Positions 26,573 to 37,448 are shown, counted from the stretch's first letter. The stretch is 43,602 bases of DNA from an uncultured Verrucomicrobiota bacterium (GCA_964448875.1 CAYUXV010000042.1:1-43602); one strand, 5' to 3'. Numbers and translations: made by a program. The notes: generated from the letters alone by a model not told the origin.

Positions 26573-28095
26573 GAGAACTTTTTATAGGAATTGATAGTGG
26601 CACGCAGTCTACTAAGTCACTCGTGGTGGATGGTAAGAATGGTAAAGTTCTTGGAAGTGCTCAGCGTGCATATGGCCTCATACCCGGCCTGCCGGCCGGC
26701 GCGAAAGAACAGCACCCGGAAACTTGGCGTAAGGCTACGGCTGCAACTATTAAGGCTTCACTAAAAGCGGCCAAGGCAAGCTCGGTTGAGGTGAAGGGTA
26801 TTGGAGTAAGCGGGCAGCAACATGGGTTTGTGCCGATGGATAAGAATGGCGATATCATTCGCCCTGCAATATTGTGGTGTGACACCACCACCACGGCACA
26901 GTGCGAACAAATCACCTCGAAGCTTGGCGGTTTAAAAAGGACTATCAGTCGAATTGGCAACGCTATCCTGCCTGGTTTTACCGCTTCTAAGGTTGCCTGG
27001 CTAAAAAAACATGAGCCTAAAAACTTCAAGCGGTTGGCTACTGTGTTGTTGCCACATGATTATCTTAACTGGTGGCTGACTGGTAATGCGGTTATGGAGT
27101 GTGGCGACGCCAGTGGCACTGCTTTGTTTGATGTAAAGAATCGTCGATGGTCATCCTCTGTCATTAAAAGCATAGATGCTGGGTTGGCTGACAAATTGCC
27201 GCCCATCATTCCCAGCGATCAGCCGGCAGGCCCGCTTTCTGCGGCAACGGCTAAATCGCTTGGGCTGTCTGCTAATGTTCTAGTAAGCGCCGGCGGAGGT
27301 GACAACATGATGGGTGCAATTGGTACTGGCAATACACGCTCAGGCATTGTTACCGCTAGTTTTGGGACTAGCGGCACCATATATGCTTGTGCTGCAAAAC
27401 CAGTCATTGATCCGTTGGGCGAAATTGCTGCCTTTTGTGATTCAACAAACCGTTGGCTTCCGCTGCTTTGTACGATGAATGTAACGGTAGCTACCGAGAT
27501 GGTGCGAAAACATTATGGATTCTCACATCAGCAATATGAGAAGGCTGCCTCCAAAGTTTCACCTGGTAGTGAAGGATTGTTATTGCTGCCATACCTGGAG
27601 GGGGAACGTACACCCAATGTTCCCAATGGTACCGGCGTATGGTTCGGGGCAAATACACGAACGCATAGGGACGGGCATTTCGCTCGCGCTGCACTAGAAG
27701 GTGTAACATTGGGTATGAATTACGGATTACGCCGACTTGCACAGTTAGGAGTTAAGGCTCGGCAAATCCGTGCAACCGGTGGCGGAGCCAATTCAAAGAT
27801 TTGGCGACAGATTATGGCCGATGTTTTCGATGCTGAGGTGGTAACTTTGGCGGTGAGCGAGGGCGCGGCTTTTGGAGCGGCTCTTCAGGCCATGTGGTGT
27901 TGGCGGAATAATCATGGAGAAAATATCGCAATAAACGATATTTCTGATCGTTTTGTGAAGTTAAATTCACGGGAGAGTGCCTGCCCAAGAAAACATAATG
28001 TTGCCATATACCGTGAAAAACAGGCAATTCAGGATCAAATGTCTGAAGCTCTTCAGCCAGTGTTCGATCAACATCGCAAAATGACTCGTTGTTAA
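26569..28095 (+). CDS. xylB: FGGY-family carbohydrate kinase, xylulokinase-like
   Basis: Contains IGIDSGTQSTK, GVSGQQHG, WCD and GGGANS motifs. ATGA overlap with hisS. Confidence 0.75.
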   Translation: MRELFIGIDSGTQSTKSLVVDGKNGKVLGSAQRAYGLIPGLPAGAKEQHPETWRKATAATIKASLKAAKASSVEVKGIGVSGQQHGFVPMDKNGDIIRPAILWCDTTTTAQCEQITSKLGGLKRTISRIGNAILPGFTASKVAWLKKHEPKNFKRLATVLLPHDYLNWWLTGNAVMECGDASGTALFDVKNRRWSSSVIKSIDAGLADKLPPIIPSDQPAGPLSAATAKSLGLSANVLVSAGGGDNMMGAIGTGNTRSGIVTASFGTSGTIYACAAKPVIDPLGEIAAFCDSTNRWLPLLCTMNVTVATEMVRKHYGFSHQQYEKAASKVSPGSEGLLLLPYLEGERTPNVPNGTGVWFGANTRTHRDGHFARAALEGVTLGMNYGLRRLAQLGVKARQIRATGGGANSKIWRQIMADVFDAEVVTLAVSEGAAFGAALQAMWCWRNNHGENIAINDISDRFVKLNSRESACPRKHNVAIYREKQAIQDQMSEALQPVFDQHRKMTRC

Positions 28096-28152
28096 TAACA
28101 TTTACGGGCCGCAACTGGAAAGCGCCTAAAATTGTGCTAGGTTGCAAATACT

Positions 28153-28506
28153 ATGAAGCTGGTACTATCCACTCACAAAGTCAGCCTCACCACATCCCTG
28201 AGGGAATATGTTCGTTCCAAGATTGAGAAACTTGAAGATCAAGATGGTTATGCGCTATCCGCGTTTGTGAATCTTGAACGTGATCACAAGGGTAAGCCGC
28301 AAAAAAAATACACCTGCACTATGAAGGTTAATTTGCCAGGGCAAAACCTGATAGCGCGCGATGCTGAAAATGATCTTTATGCAGCGGTTGACTTGGCCAC
28401 CAAGAAAATCCAACAACAAATCCGTAAGCGACACAACAAATTCAAGGCGAAGAATACTCGCTTAGCTGCAGCGGCCAAAAAGTCGCTCTTGAGTGCAGCC
28501 GCTTGA
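28153..28506 (+). CDS. hpf: ribosome hibernation promoting factor (short HPF/RaiA, S30AE family)
   Basis: 117 aa, with LREYVRSKIEKLE and DLYAAVDLATKKIQQQIRK followed by a basic tail. Confidence 0.85.
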   Translation: MKLVLSTHKVSLTTSLREYVRSKIEKLEDQDGYALSAFVNLERDHKGKPQKKYTCTMKVNLPGQNLIARDAENDLYAAVDLATKKIQQQIRKRHNKFKAKNTRLAAAAKKSLLSAAA

Positions 28507-28550
28507 CGCTGCGTTTGACCCACAGGTGTTCTCTCGATTAGCTTCAACAC

Positions 28551-29765
28551 ATGTTGTTGCGCGCGCGCATAGTGTTACCAATCTCACGTCCCCCGATTAT
28601 TGATGGGGTAATCCGTATAGAAAATGGCTGTATTGCCGAGGTCGGGGAATGGAGAGATCTGCATGGTGACACTGACGATTTAGGTGACGTCATATTAATG
28701 CCGGGCTTTGTTAATGCGCACTGCCACCTTGATTATACCAGTTTGGCTGGCTGCATTTCTGCCCCCGAAACATTCAATGAATGGATTGGCGATATTATGT
28801 GGCATAAAAATGTAATGAGTGATGATGCGTGGCGGGAATCATGGCTTAAAGGTGCGTCACAGTGCCTTAAGCGAGGTATAACTACTGTGGGTAATATTGA
28901 GACTCGACTGGAGTTGTTGGAAGATATTTGGGCTGAAACTCATTTGCGACTTTCATCATATTTGGAACTCATAACAGTTAAGTCTGAAAGCGATTCAGGC
29001 AATGCTGTGCAGAAAGTTGTTAACTTTCTGAAGAGTCATAAGCCTAGGCGTGGCGATGTTGGTATTTCTCCGCACGCACCTTACACAGTTAATCCTGATG
29101 CCTTGCGTCGATGTGCAGAGATATCGCAGAAAGATGGTTTGCGCATGACGATGCACATTGCGGAATCTGCGGACGAATCTACCATGTTTCTTAAAGCCAG
29201 AGGTTCATTGTACCAAAGACTGCTGGATGTCGGGCGAGACATGTCGGATTGCGGTAGGCATTCTCCGGTTGAACAAGCATCGCGTTGTGGTGTGTTGAGT
29301 GATAGGCTCCTCGTGGTGCACGGTAATTATCTCGATGATGCTGATATTCATCGTTTATCCGAAAGCAACACAAGTATTGCTCATTGCCCTCGCAGTCATG
29401 ATTACTTTGGGCATACACCATTTCGTTTCCAAGAGTTAAAAGCAGCAGGCGTTAATATCTGTCTAGGTACGGATAGTCTGGCAACAGTTAATAATTCAAA
29501 CGCAGAACTGGACTTGATTGAGGAGATGCGATTGTTTCAGAAAAATTATCCGGGCTCAAATTCTGAACAAATAGTGTCTATGGCGACGGTCAATGGTGCA
29601 AAAGCTCTTAACTGGGCTGGCAAGGTTGGAGAAATTTCAGTTGGGGCATTTGCCGATTTGATAGCTGTTCCTTATACAGGGTTGGTCGATAATGTGTATG
29701 ATGCTGTGATTGAACAGTCTGGGCCTGACTCAGTGATGATTGATGGACAATGGGAATTGCGATAG
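28551..29765 (+). CDS. amidohydrolase family protein (nucleoside/aminofutalosine/MTA deaminase-like)
   Basis: Contains the PGFVNAHCHLDYT metal-binding motif, HIAES, VHGNYL and the GTDS aspartate region. Exact substrate not inferable. Confidence 0.7.
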   Translation: MLLRARIVLPISRPPIIDGVIRIENGCIAEVGEWRDLHGDTDDLGDVILMPGFVNAHCHLDYTSLAGCISAPETFNEWIGDIMWHKNVMSDDAWRESWLKGASQCLKRGITTVGNIETRLELLEDIWAETHLRLSSYLELITVKSESDSGNAVQKVVNFLKSHKPRRGDVGISPHAPYTVNPDALRRCAEISQKDGLRMTMHIAESADESTMFLKARGSLYQRLLDVGRDMSDCGRHSPVEQASRCGVLSDRLLVVHGNYLDDADIHRLSESNTSIAHCPRSHDYFGHTPFRFQELKAAGVNICLGTDSLATVNNSNAELDLIEEMRLFQKNYPGSNSEQIVSMATVNGAKALNWAGKVGEISVGAFADLIAVPYTGLVDNVYDAVIEQSGPDSVMIDGQWELR

Positions 29766-29784
29766 CCACCATTGAGCACCTGTT

Positions 29785-30951
29785 ATGAGGCATGATTTTA
29801 AGGAATTTCTTCAGAGAGAACTCTTGAATATTGATGAGGCTGGTCTGCTGCGTCACCTGCGTGAGATTCATTCTGCACAGGGTGCTCGTGTTGAAATTAA
29901 TAATTGTGAGATGGTTAATTTTTCTTCAAACGATTATTTGGGATTTGCAAATCATCCTGTCCTGAAAGTTTCGGTGGCCAAAACAGTGGAGGAATTTGGT
30001 GCCGGCACTGGAGCGGCACGCCTCATTAGCGGTTCATTGCGTCCTCATCAAATGTTGGAAATTGTTTTGGCGGACTTCAAGGGAACTGAAGCGGCCCTAT
30101 CATTTTCAACGGGTTATGCAGCGGCCGGAGTTATTCCTGTATTGGTAGGGAAGGGGGATGTCATTGTAGTGGATAAACTGTCTCATGCTTGTCTAGTTGA
30201 TGCCGCGCGTTTATCTGAAGCTAAATTGCGTGTTTTTAAGCATAATGATTTGGATGATTTGGAACGAATTCTCCATTGGGCGGGGCTACAGGATGGCCGA
30301 ACTTTGGTTGTGACAGAAAGTGTGTTTTCGATGGAAGGGGACATCGCTCCATTACTGAACCTAGTTGAATTAAAGGAGCGATATGGGGCATGGCTAATGG
30401 TTGATGAAGCGCATGCAACAGGTTTGTATGGCGAAAATCGACGTGGTTTGGTGGAGGAATTTGATGTAGGGGAGAGAATTGAGGTCCAGATGGGCACATT
30501 AGGAAAAGCGCTTGGGGCCGCAGGTGGATATGTTTGTGGTTCTCGAGCGTTGATTGATCTACTTCTGAATCGAGTCAGGACCTTTATGTTTTCTACTGCG
30601 CCTGTGCCTGCACAAGTTGCGGCAGCACAAGCGGGCATTGAATTGGTCCAGTCCAGCGAGGGCGGTGAACGCAGGACAATTCTTTGGAGTTTGGTCGATA
30701 GATTAAAAAATGGCCTCGTCCATCAAAAATGGACAATACCTCCTGTTCGTAGCGCAATAATATCATTAATTGTTGGCTCTGAGGATGATGCTTTGGCTTT
30801 GTCGGAAAGGCTCATGGATGGTGGAATCTTAGTTCCTGCCATACGTTATCCTACAGTTGCGCGCGGCGCAGCAAGGCTTCGTATTACTGTGAGCGCATCC
30901 CATTCGCCCGAAGACATAGATGCACTTTTGGAGGTTATTGGCGATGCATAA
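29785..30951 (+). CDS. bioF: 8-amino-7-oxononanoate synthase
   Basis: Contains NFSSNDYLGFANHP, VDEAHATGLYGENRRG and TLGKALG (PLP lysine). Followed by bioA. Confidence 0.88.
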   Translation: MRHDFKEFLQRELLNIDEAGLLRHLREIHSAQGARVEINNCEMVNFSSNDYLGFANHPVLKVSVAKTVEEFGAGTGAARLISGSLRPHQMLEIVLADFKGTEAALSFSTGYAAAGVIPVLVGKGDVIVVDKLSHACLVDAARLSEAKLRVFKHNDLDDLERILHWAGLQDGRTLVVTESVFSMEGDIAPLLNLVELKERYGAWLMVDEAHATGLYGENRRGLVEEFDVGERIEVQMGTLGKALGAAGGYVCGSRALIDLLLNRVRTFMFSTAPVPAQVAAAQAGIELVQSSEGGERRTILWSLVDRLKNGLVHQKWTIPPVRSAIISLIVGSEDDALALSERLMDGGILVPAIRYPTVARGAARLRITVSASHSPEDIDALLEVIGDA

Positions 30952-32317
30952 GCTGGCCAAAGTGGACAAGCAATATGTCTGGCATCCATTTACTCAAATG
31001 CGTGAATGGGGAAAAAGGGAGCCGATAGTTTTAGTCAGTGGAAAAGGGGCGGTTTTGAAGGATGTGCAAGGCCAAAAATATCTTGATGCCAATGCCTCAA
31101 TCTGGACAAATCTTCATGGGCATAATCATCCGAAGATTAACGCAGCTATCAAGCGTCAGCTGGGGAAAGTTGCGCATACATCTGCGTTGGGGTTTGCGAA
31201 TGAGCCTTCGTCATTATTGGCTGAGAGATTGGTGAAGAAAGCTGGCCGTCCGTTACAAAAAGTATTCTTTTCAGACGACGGGGCTACAGCATTGGAGGTG
31301 GCGATAAAATTGGCTTATGAGTTTGCAAGACGTTCAGGGCGTTCAAGGCAACCCAAGTTTCTTTCATTAGAAGGAGGATATCATGGTGACACCGTGGGAG
31401 CGGCGAGTGTTGGGCATATTGATATGTTTCATAAAGGGTGCAGAGGGTTGTTGTTTAAAAGCGACGAGGTAATGTCACCTTATTGTTACCGGTGTCCATT
31501 TAATCGTGCGAAGCCGGAACGAATAGATGCGCGCGAAACGCGCAAATGCAACTGGGAATGTTTAGGCAAAGTAGAACAGAAGTTTAATCGCAAAAAATAT
31601 GCGGCATTTGTTGTTGAACCTTTGATGCAAGGAGCGGCAGGAATGATCGCACATCCAATGGGATGGCTAAAACATGTTAAAGCAATTGTTCGTGAGAATG
31701 GGTCACAATTAATTGCAGATGAGGTTTTGACAGGATTTGGCCGTACTGGCGAAATATTTGCATCTAAAAATGAGAAAGTCGGACCGGATTTTTTATGTCT
31801 AGCGAAGGGTTTGACCGGTGGTTATCTGCCGATGGCGGCTACGTTGACCACCCGGGAGGTATTTGATGTATTTTTGGGGGAGTACGATGAATTCAAAGCA
31901 TTCTTTCATGGGCATAGTTACACTGGTAATCAACTTGGCGGGGCCGCTGCGTTAGCGAGTTTTGATATATTACAAGGGTCGACATCACGCAAGGCTCGGT
32001 CGCTTTTGAGGGAGAGTCTTTGCAATGAATTGGCATCATTGTGGCAACTAAAGCATGTTGGGGATGTGCGGCAGGTGGGGTTGGTGGCGGGGGTTGAACT
32101 TGTTGCTGATTGGCGTACTAGGGAAGCTTTTCCCCTAAAGGCACAGGCAGGCATTCGTGTTTGTGATGCAATGGCTAGACGTGGTGTCCTTACGCGCCCG
32201 ATTGGAAACGTGGTGCCGATTTTGCCGCCATATTGCACTACGCAGAAACAGGTCCGCCGTATTGTAAATGTGCTGCAGGAATCAATCGTGGAAGTACTGG
32301 GCGGTGAGAGAGCTTAA
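30944..32317 (+). CDS. bioA: adenosylmethionine-8-amino-7-oxononanoate aminotransferase
   Basis: Contains VWHPFTQM, GGYHGDT, ADEVLTGFGRTG and LAKGLTGGYLPM. The ATG at 30944 overlaps the bioF end (ATGCATAA). The track start at 30920 is less likely. Confidence 0.88.
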   Translation: MHKLAKVDKQYVWHPFTQMREWGKREPIVLVSGKGAVLKDVQGQKYLDANASIWTNLHGHNHPKINAAIKRQLGKVAHTSALGFANEPSSLLAERLVKKAGRPLQKVFFSDDGATALEVAIKLAYEFARRSGRSRQPKFLSLEGGYHGDTVGAASVGHIDMFHKGCRGLLFKSDEVMSPYCYRCPFNRAKPERIDARETRKCNWECLGKVEQKFNRKKYAAFVVEPLMQGAAGMIAHPMGWLKHVKAIVRENGSQLIADEVLTGFGRTGEIFASKNEKVGPDFLCLAKGLTGGYLPMAATLTTREVFDVFLGEYDEFKAFFHGHSYTGNQLGGAAALASFDILQGSTSRKARSLLRESLCNELASLWQLKHVGDVRQVGLVAGVELVADWRTREAFPLKAQAGIRVCDAMARRGVLTRPIGNVVPILPPYCTTQKQVRRIVNVLQESIVEVLGGERA

Positions 32318-34134
32318 TTACCCGGTGTGCGGATACGTTCTACGAGTTCCACCGCTTCCCTTGGTGGTTCTTCAGATTTTCTGGAAACTATAAAGGCTAC
32401 AATAAAATTTACCAGTGCGCCTATTGCGCCAAAGGCTTCTGGTTGAATTCCAAGGAACCAATTCGCATTCATGTCGCCCAAGAAGGAAGTGCCGGGAATG
32501 AACAAGATGCCCTTGTGTTGGAAGACATAGAGCAATGTGATGCTGATGCCGGCGATCATTCCGGAAATAGCGCCTTGTCGGTTCATGCGCTTGGAGAAAA
32601 TTCCCATCATGAGGACGGGAAAAATTGACGAGGCAGCAAGCCCGAAAGCCATGGCCACAGTGCCGGCGGCAAAGCCTGGGGGGTTCAGTCCGAAATATCC
32701 AGCGACCATAATTGCGCCGATCATGGAAACTCGGCTGGCGGTGAGTTCCTGTTTGTCGGTGATCTCCGGCTTAAGAATGCCTTTTAGGAGGTCGTGTGAC
32801 ACGGCTGAGGAAATGGCGAGCAGCAAGCCGGCGGCGGTAGACAGGGCGGCGGCGAGTCCGCCGGCGACAACCAACGCAATTACCCATCCAGGCAGCTTGG
32901 CGATCTCAGGGTTGGCGAGTACTAAGAAATCTTTGTCGGGTCCGTTCTTAGCGTCTTTCTCCTCTTTTCCAAACGGAATGTGCACTAATTCGTTGCCTTT
33001 CCAGCCGAGTTCGGATTCGGCCGATGAGGCGAATGTTTTGTTGGTATCGTTGTAATATTGTATTCGCCCGTCATGATTTTTGTCTTTGTGTTTTAAAAGT
33101 CCTGTGATTTCCCATTTTTTGAACCAGTCTGGACGCTTGGTATATTCGAGGCTGCTATTGTTGTCTAAGAGGCTGCCGTTTTTATCCACCACGGAGACGG
33201 GCTGGATGGTATTTGTGAGGTTCAGTCGTGCCATGGCAGCTACGGCAGGGGCGGTGGTGTAGAGGATGGCGATGAAGACTAGTGCCCAACCGGCGGAGAG
33301 GCGGGCGTCGCTAACTTTTGGCACGGTAAAGAAGCGAATAATTACGTGCGGCAGTCCGGCGGTGCCGATCATCAATGAAAGGGTGTAGGCGAACATGTTC
33401 AGTTTACTGCCCATCACGCTGGTGGTGTATTCTCCAAAGCCAAGGTCTTTGACAACTTGATCCAGCTTCTCCAGCAATGGCGTGCCATCATCCACATTGC
33501 CTCCGAGGCCCAGTTGCGGGATGGGGTTGCCGGTAAGCTGGAGTGAAATGAAAATGGCTGGCACAGTGTAGGCAAAAATGAGCACCACATACTGGACAAT
33601 TTGCGTGTAAGTTATACCTTTCATGCCGCCGAGCACGGCATAAAAAAACACTATACCCATGCCGATGAATAGGCCTGTGTTGTAGTCGGTTTCAAGATAA
33701 CTGGAAAATCCATCTCCAACACCTTTCATTTGTCCAATGACATAGGTTACGGAAATAATGATAAGACAAGCTACAGCTACAACGCGCGCAGTTCTTGAGT
33801 AGAAGCGTTCGCCGATAAATTCTGGAACAGTAAATTTTCCATATTTTCTTAGGTACGGGGCAAGCATCAGCGCTAACAGCACATAGCCACCAGTCCAGCC
33901 CATAAGGAACACTGAGCCGCCGTAACCGGAAAAGGCGATCAGCCCTGCCATGGAAATGAACGAGGCTGCGCTCATCCAGTCGGCTGCGGTGGCCATGCCG
34001 TTGGCTACGGGGCTTACGTCACCGCCGGCCACATAAAATTCCTTTGTGGACTTTGCCTTGCTCCATATGGCGATCCCTATATAAGTGGCGAAAGATAAGC
34101 CGACGATGATGTACGTCCATGTCTTGACGTCCAT
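32314..34134 (-). CDS. sodium:solute symporter family transporter (ActP / VC_2705-like large subunit)
   Basis: 606 aa with about 13-14 TM segments and an SSF-type N-terminus (FYVAGGDVSPVANGMATAADWMSAASFISMAG). Paired with a DUF4212 small subunit. Confidence 0.85.
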   Translation of the reverse strand: MDVKTWTYIIVGLSFATYIGIAIWSKAKSTKEFYVAGGDVSPVANGMATAADWMSAASFISMAGLIAFSGYGGSVFLMGWTGGYVLLALMLAPYLRKYGKFTVPEFIGERFYSRTARVVAVACLIIISVTYVIGQMKGVGDGFSSYLETDYNTGLFIGMGIVFFYAVLGGMKGITYTQIVQYVVLIFAYTVPAIFISLQLTGNPIPQLGLGGNVDDGTPLLEKLDQVVKDLGFGEYTTSVMGSKLNMFAYTLSLMIGTAGLPHVIIRFFTVPKVSDARLSAGWALVFIAILYTTAPAVAAMARLNLTNTIQPVSVVDKNGSLLDNNSSLEYTKRPDWFKKWEITGLLKHKDKNHDGRIQYYNDTNKTFASSAESELGWKGNELVHIPFGKEEKDAKNGPDKDFLVLANPEIAKLPGWVIALVVAGGLAAALSTAAGLLLAISSAVSHDLLKGILKPEITDKQELTASRVSMIGAIMVAGYFGLNPPGFAAGTVAMAFGLAASSIFPVLMMGIFSKRMNRQGAISGMIAGISITLLYVFQHKGILFIPGTSFLGDMNANWFLGIQPEAFGAIGALVNFIVAFIVSRKSEEPPREAVELVERIRTPGN

Positions 34135-34445
34135 TACGCGTCCTCCTGTGGCTCGGTTTCGGTTGGTGTGTCAGTCTGTTCGGCAAACCCGTGTTTTTTA
34201 TCCAACCTGTTCATAAGCCGCACATATATGAAAATTAAAGCGACGAAAACATAGATGGCCCCCTGTTGAGCCATCCAAAATCCGAGTTTGTAGCCTCCTA
34301 TTTGTATTTTGTTTAACTGTTCTGCAAAAAGGATTCCACAGCCATAGGAGACGAAGAACCAAACGGCCATCAACCATGTCATGATGCGGAGGTTTTCCCT
34401 CCAATAGGCCCTTCGGCGTTCGGAAAGTGAGTCGTTATTGCTCAT
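34134..34445 (-). CDS. DUF4212 solute:sodium symporter small subunit
   Basis: About 100 aa, 2 TM, with YWRENLRIMTWLMAVWFFVSYG and GFWMAQQGAIYVFV. TAATG overlap with the downstream symporter. The start at Met 34445 (MSNND) is preferred over 34496. Confidence 0.75.
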   Translation of the reverse strand: MSNNDSLSERRRAYWRENLRIMTWLMAVWFFVSYGCGILFAEQLNKIQIGGYKLGFWMAQQGAIYVFVALIFIYVRLMNRLDKKHGFAEQTDTPTETEPQEDA

Positions 34446-34574
34446 GGTTTCACCCGGAGGCAGCGAGTTTTTAACAGAGCTCTTCCTTCTGCGCAATGCC
34501 CGGTTGATGGCAGCGGGAATCTTGTTTGCTCTTTTAATTTAAATGACTCTGTCGTACCGTCCGTGGTTCTGAAA

Positions 34575-35933
34575 ATGCCAAGTGTTTTCATTAAAACCTA
34601 TGGGTGCCAGATGAATGAGCGGGACAGTGAGACTGTTGGTGCTCAGCTTTTAGCCAAGGGTTATTCTCTGACAACCGATTTAGATACGGCAGATGTGGTT
34701 TTGCTAAATACATGTAGTGTTCGAGATGCTGCTGAGCAAAAAGCGATTAATAAAATGGAGGCTGTGGCTGGCCGGTTTCGCAAGGAACGTCCGAATGCTG
34801 TGTTGGGATTCATGGGATGCATGGCACAGAGTCGTGGGGGTGAATTAATTGATCAGTTGCCCGATGTTGATCTTGTGTTGGGCACACAAAAGTTCCACCG
34901 CGCTGCTGATTACGTCGGTGAGCTCTTGGGTGAGAGATGCAATAAGATCGTGGATACAGAAGAAGAGCAGGGCAGTGAGGCGACCATCCGTGAACATCTT
35001 CACGCCGGAAACAAATCCAAGAAATCCGTAACTGCCTTTGTCAGTATTATGCAGGGCTGTAACCAGTACTGCACCTTTTGTATAGTGCCCTATACCCGTG
35101 GGCGTGAAAGAAGCCGTGCTATTACGGATATAACCGAAGAATGCAGAGAGCTGGCGAATGGGGGTGTAAAGGAAATCACGCTGCTTGGCCAGATAGTTAA
35201 TAGTTATGGTAAGCGCGAGATTGGCACAAAGGATGGAAAGAGTGCTTTTGTCCAACTCCTTGAGGCTGTTCATGAAATTGATGGCGTCGAACGCATTCGG
35301 TTCACATCTCCGCACCCAAAAGGTTACGGTGACGACTTGGTGGATGCCTACGTGAGATTGCCAAAACTAGTAGAACATGCGCATCTCCCTGTACAAAGTG
35401 GCAGTGATCGCATGTTGAAACTTATGCATCGCGGGTACACTCGCGACCGTTTTACGGATCTAGTTTCAAAGTTGCGAGGCAAAGATCCCGCAATAGGAAT
35501 CAGTACAGATATAATCGTTGGTTTCCCCGGTGAAACTGATGATGACTTTGATCGAACCCTAACTCTTTGCAGGGAAATAGAGTTCGATAATGCTTTTATC
35601 TTTAAATACAGCCAGCGTCGCAATACCCCTGCTGCTGCAATGCCGGATCAGTTGCCTGAGGATATAATCGAGGCCCGTCATTCTCGTTTATTGAAATGTA
35701 TCAACGAAATTAGAGAACGCAAACTCCGTAATCATATCGATTCACAAATGGAAGTGCTCGTTGAAGGTCCCAGTCGTCGAAACCCTGCGCGTCTTGAGGG
35801 TCGGACTCGTTGCAACAAAATAGTAGTATTTGAGGGGGTGGATCGCCACATCGGGGAAGTAATGAATGTGGCAATTTCTGAAGCCACACAAACAACCCTT
35901 TATGGTGATCCCGCAATTTTAAATCTTAACTGA
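34575..35933 (+). CDS. miaB: tRNA-2-methylthio-N6-dimethylallyladenosine synthase MiaB
   Basis: Contains the FIKTYGCQMNERDSE UPF0004 domain, the radical-SAM motif CNQYCTFCIVP and a C-terminal TRAM domain. The track ORF starts at GTG 34563. Confidence 0.9.
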   Translation: MPSVFIKTYGCQMNERDSETVGAQLLAKGYSLTTDLDTADVVLLNTCSVRDAAEQKAINKMEAVAGRFRKERPNAVLGFMGCMAQSRGGELIDQLPDVDLVLGTQKFHRAADYVGELLGERCNKIVDTEEEQGSEATIREHLHAGNKSKKSVTAFVSIMQGCNQYCTFCIVPYTRGRERSRAITDITEECRELANGGVKEITLLGQIVNSYGKREIGTKDGKSAFVQLLEAVHEIDGVERIRFTSPHPKGYGDDLVDAYVRLPKLVEHAHLPVQSGSDRMLKLMHRGYTRDRFTDLVSKLRGKDPAIGISTDIIVGFPGETDDDFDRTLTLCREIEFDNAFIFKYSQRRNTPAAAMPDQLPEDIIEARHSRLLKCINEIRERKLRNHIDSQMEVLVEGPSRRNPARLEGRTRCNKIVVFEGVDRHIGEVMNVAISEATQTTLYGDPAILNLN

Positions 35934-35935
35934 TT

Positions 35936-36484
35936 GTGCCTGAGATTGATTCAACTTTCTTGGCGGTAATGGTTAGCCTGCTCCTTCTTGGCCATGGTAT
36001 ATTTGGTCTGATTAAGCCGGACATGTTGTCGAGCTGTCTGAGGAATTTTTCACGTAATGTTACAGCCGGATATATCATGATGCTCCTTGGCACAATCTGG
36101 TTTCTTGTGATTTTAGAAAATGAGAATCTTGCGGATTTTGGTGTATACAAGGGGAAGATGCAGATATTCTTTGCGTTGCTCGGGCTGGGAGCTATTTACT
36201 ACCTCAAGGAATACCTTGCTGTTCGTGGCATGGCTATAGTGCTTATGTTGATGGCAAAACTTGTAATAGAAACAATCAGGCTTGAGAATACCGATTGGCG
36301 CATTCCATTTATTGCGTTTGCTTATGTTTGGATAATATCCGGTATAGTTTTTACTGTTTCCCCTTGGAGATTCCGTGATTTGGCAAACTGGAAATATGCA
36401 AATTCCGAGCGGACAAAATATGTATGTACAGTCAGCACGGTTGCCGGCGTTGTCATGTTGATTGCAGGTCTTACTGCCTTTTAG
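35936..36484 (+). CDS. hypothetical integral membrane protein (182 aa, about 5 TM)
   Basis: GTG-initiated ORF 3 nt after the miaB stop. Strongly hydrophobic segments. No family recognised. Confidence 0.5.
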   Translation: MPEIDSTFLAVMVSLLLLGHGIFGLIKPDMLSSCLRNFSRNVTAGYIMMLLGTIWFLVILENENLADFGVYKGKMQIFFALLGLGAIYYLKEYLAVRGMAIVLMLMAKLVIETIRLENTDWRIPFIAFAYVWIISGIVFTVSPWRFRDLANWKYANSERTKYVCTVSTVAGVVMLIAGLTAF

Positions 36485-36508
36485 CTTATATTTAATTCTG
36501 GAGGAAAT

Positions 36509-37435
36509 TTGATTCAGGACGGCAAAATTGTAGTCGTTCGGGGAGGGGCCATAGGGGATTTCATTGTCACCTTACCTATTCTGTCTGCAGTCAGAAACCA
36601 TTGGCCAGATGGTCGTCTTGAAATTATTGGTCAACAAAATGTAATACCTTTGTCGTTGATCAATGGATTGGCTGATGCTTGTTGGCCTCTTGACTCAAGG
36701 TTAATGGCTGAGTTTTTTGTAAAAGAGGGTAAATTGGATTTAAACATGAAGGCAGTATTTGCTGGTAGTAGGTATGTTATTTCATATCTACATGACCCTG
36801 AGAGTGTATTTGCTGAGAATGTGTCTAGGTGTGGGATTGGTGCTTTTGTGTGTGGTTCATCATTTATTGAGGCGGGTAGCAAAATTCACATTGCCGACCA
36901 GCTGTTTGAGCCGTTGGCAAACATTGGTGTGCACCGGAATGTGACTGATTTTCATTTTGTTTTGAATGACACCAGAAGCAGTGAGTTTTGGGTGGCCATA
37001 CATCCAGGGAGTGGAGGGGAAAAAAAGAATTGGCCCGAAGATAAGTGGGCCAAACTTTTAATCCATATTGCAGCAAAGACAGACTATTGCTTTCTAATTA
37101 TCGGAGGAGAAGCAGAAGGTAGGACGATTAATAGATTGGGAAAACTCTTGCCTCCTGAACGCACTGAAATAGTACAGGATATTGCGCTTGTTGACTTGGT
37201 TCCGAAAATGAAGTCATGCGCCCTGTTTATGGGGCATGATTCCGGGATAACACATCTTGCAGGTGTGCTTGGAATGGATAGAATTATTTTGTGGGGGCCA
37301 AGCAATAAATTGGTTTGGGGCCCAAGAAGTGGAAAGTTTAACCTTATTGAGCATCGTGATGGTATTGAGAGTATCCAAATTGATGACGTGTGGACTGCCT
37401 TGAAAGATTTTGAGGCCGCCCAGCCGAATTTGTAG
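36509..37435 (+). CDS. glycosyltransferase family 9 (heptosyltransferase-like)
   Basis: Contains KIVVVRGGAIGDFIVTLPIL, HPGSGGEKKNWP and GHDSGITHLAG, typical of GT9. TTG start preceded by GGAGGA. Confidence 0.78.
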   Translation: MIQDGKIVVVRGGAIGDFIVTLPILSAVRNHWPDGRLEIIGQQNVIPLSLINGLADACWPLDSRLMAEFFVKEGKLDLNMKAVFAGSRYVISYLHDPESVFAENVSRCGIGAFVCGSSFIEAGSKIHIADQLFEPLANIGVHRNVTDFHFVLNDTRSSEFWVAIHPGSGGEKKNWPEDKWAKLLIHIAAKTDYCFLIIGGEAEGRTINRLGKLLPPERTEIVQDIALVDLVPKMKSCALFMGHDSGITHLAGVLGMDRIILWGPSNKLVWGPRSGKFNLIEHRDGIESIQIDDVWTALKDFEAAQPNL

Positions 37436-37448
37436 AATATAGGGCTGT

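Noticed and set aside
28096-28152. Possible sigma-54 promoter upstream of hpf (TTGCA present)
   Set aside because: The GG element required 12 nt upstream of the GC of TTGC is absent, since those positions read TT.
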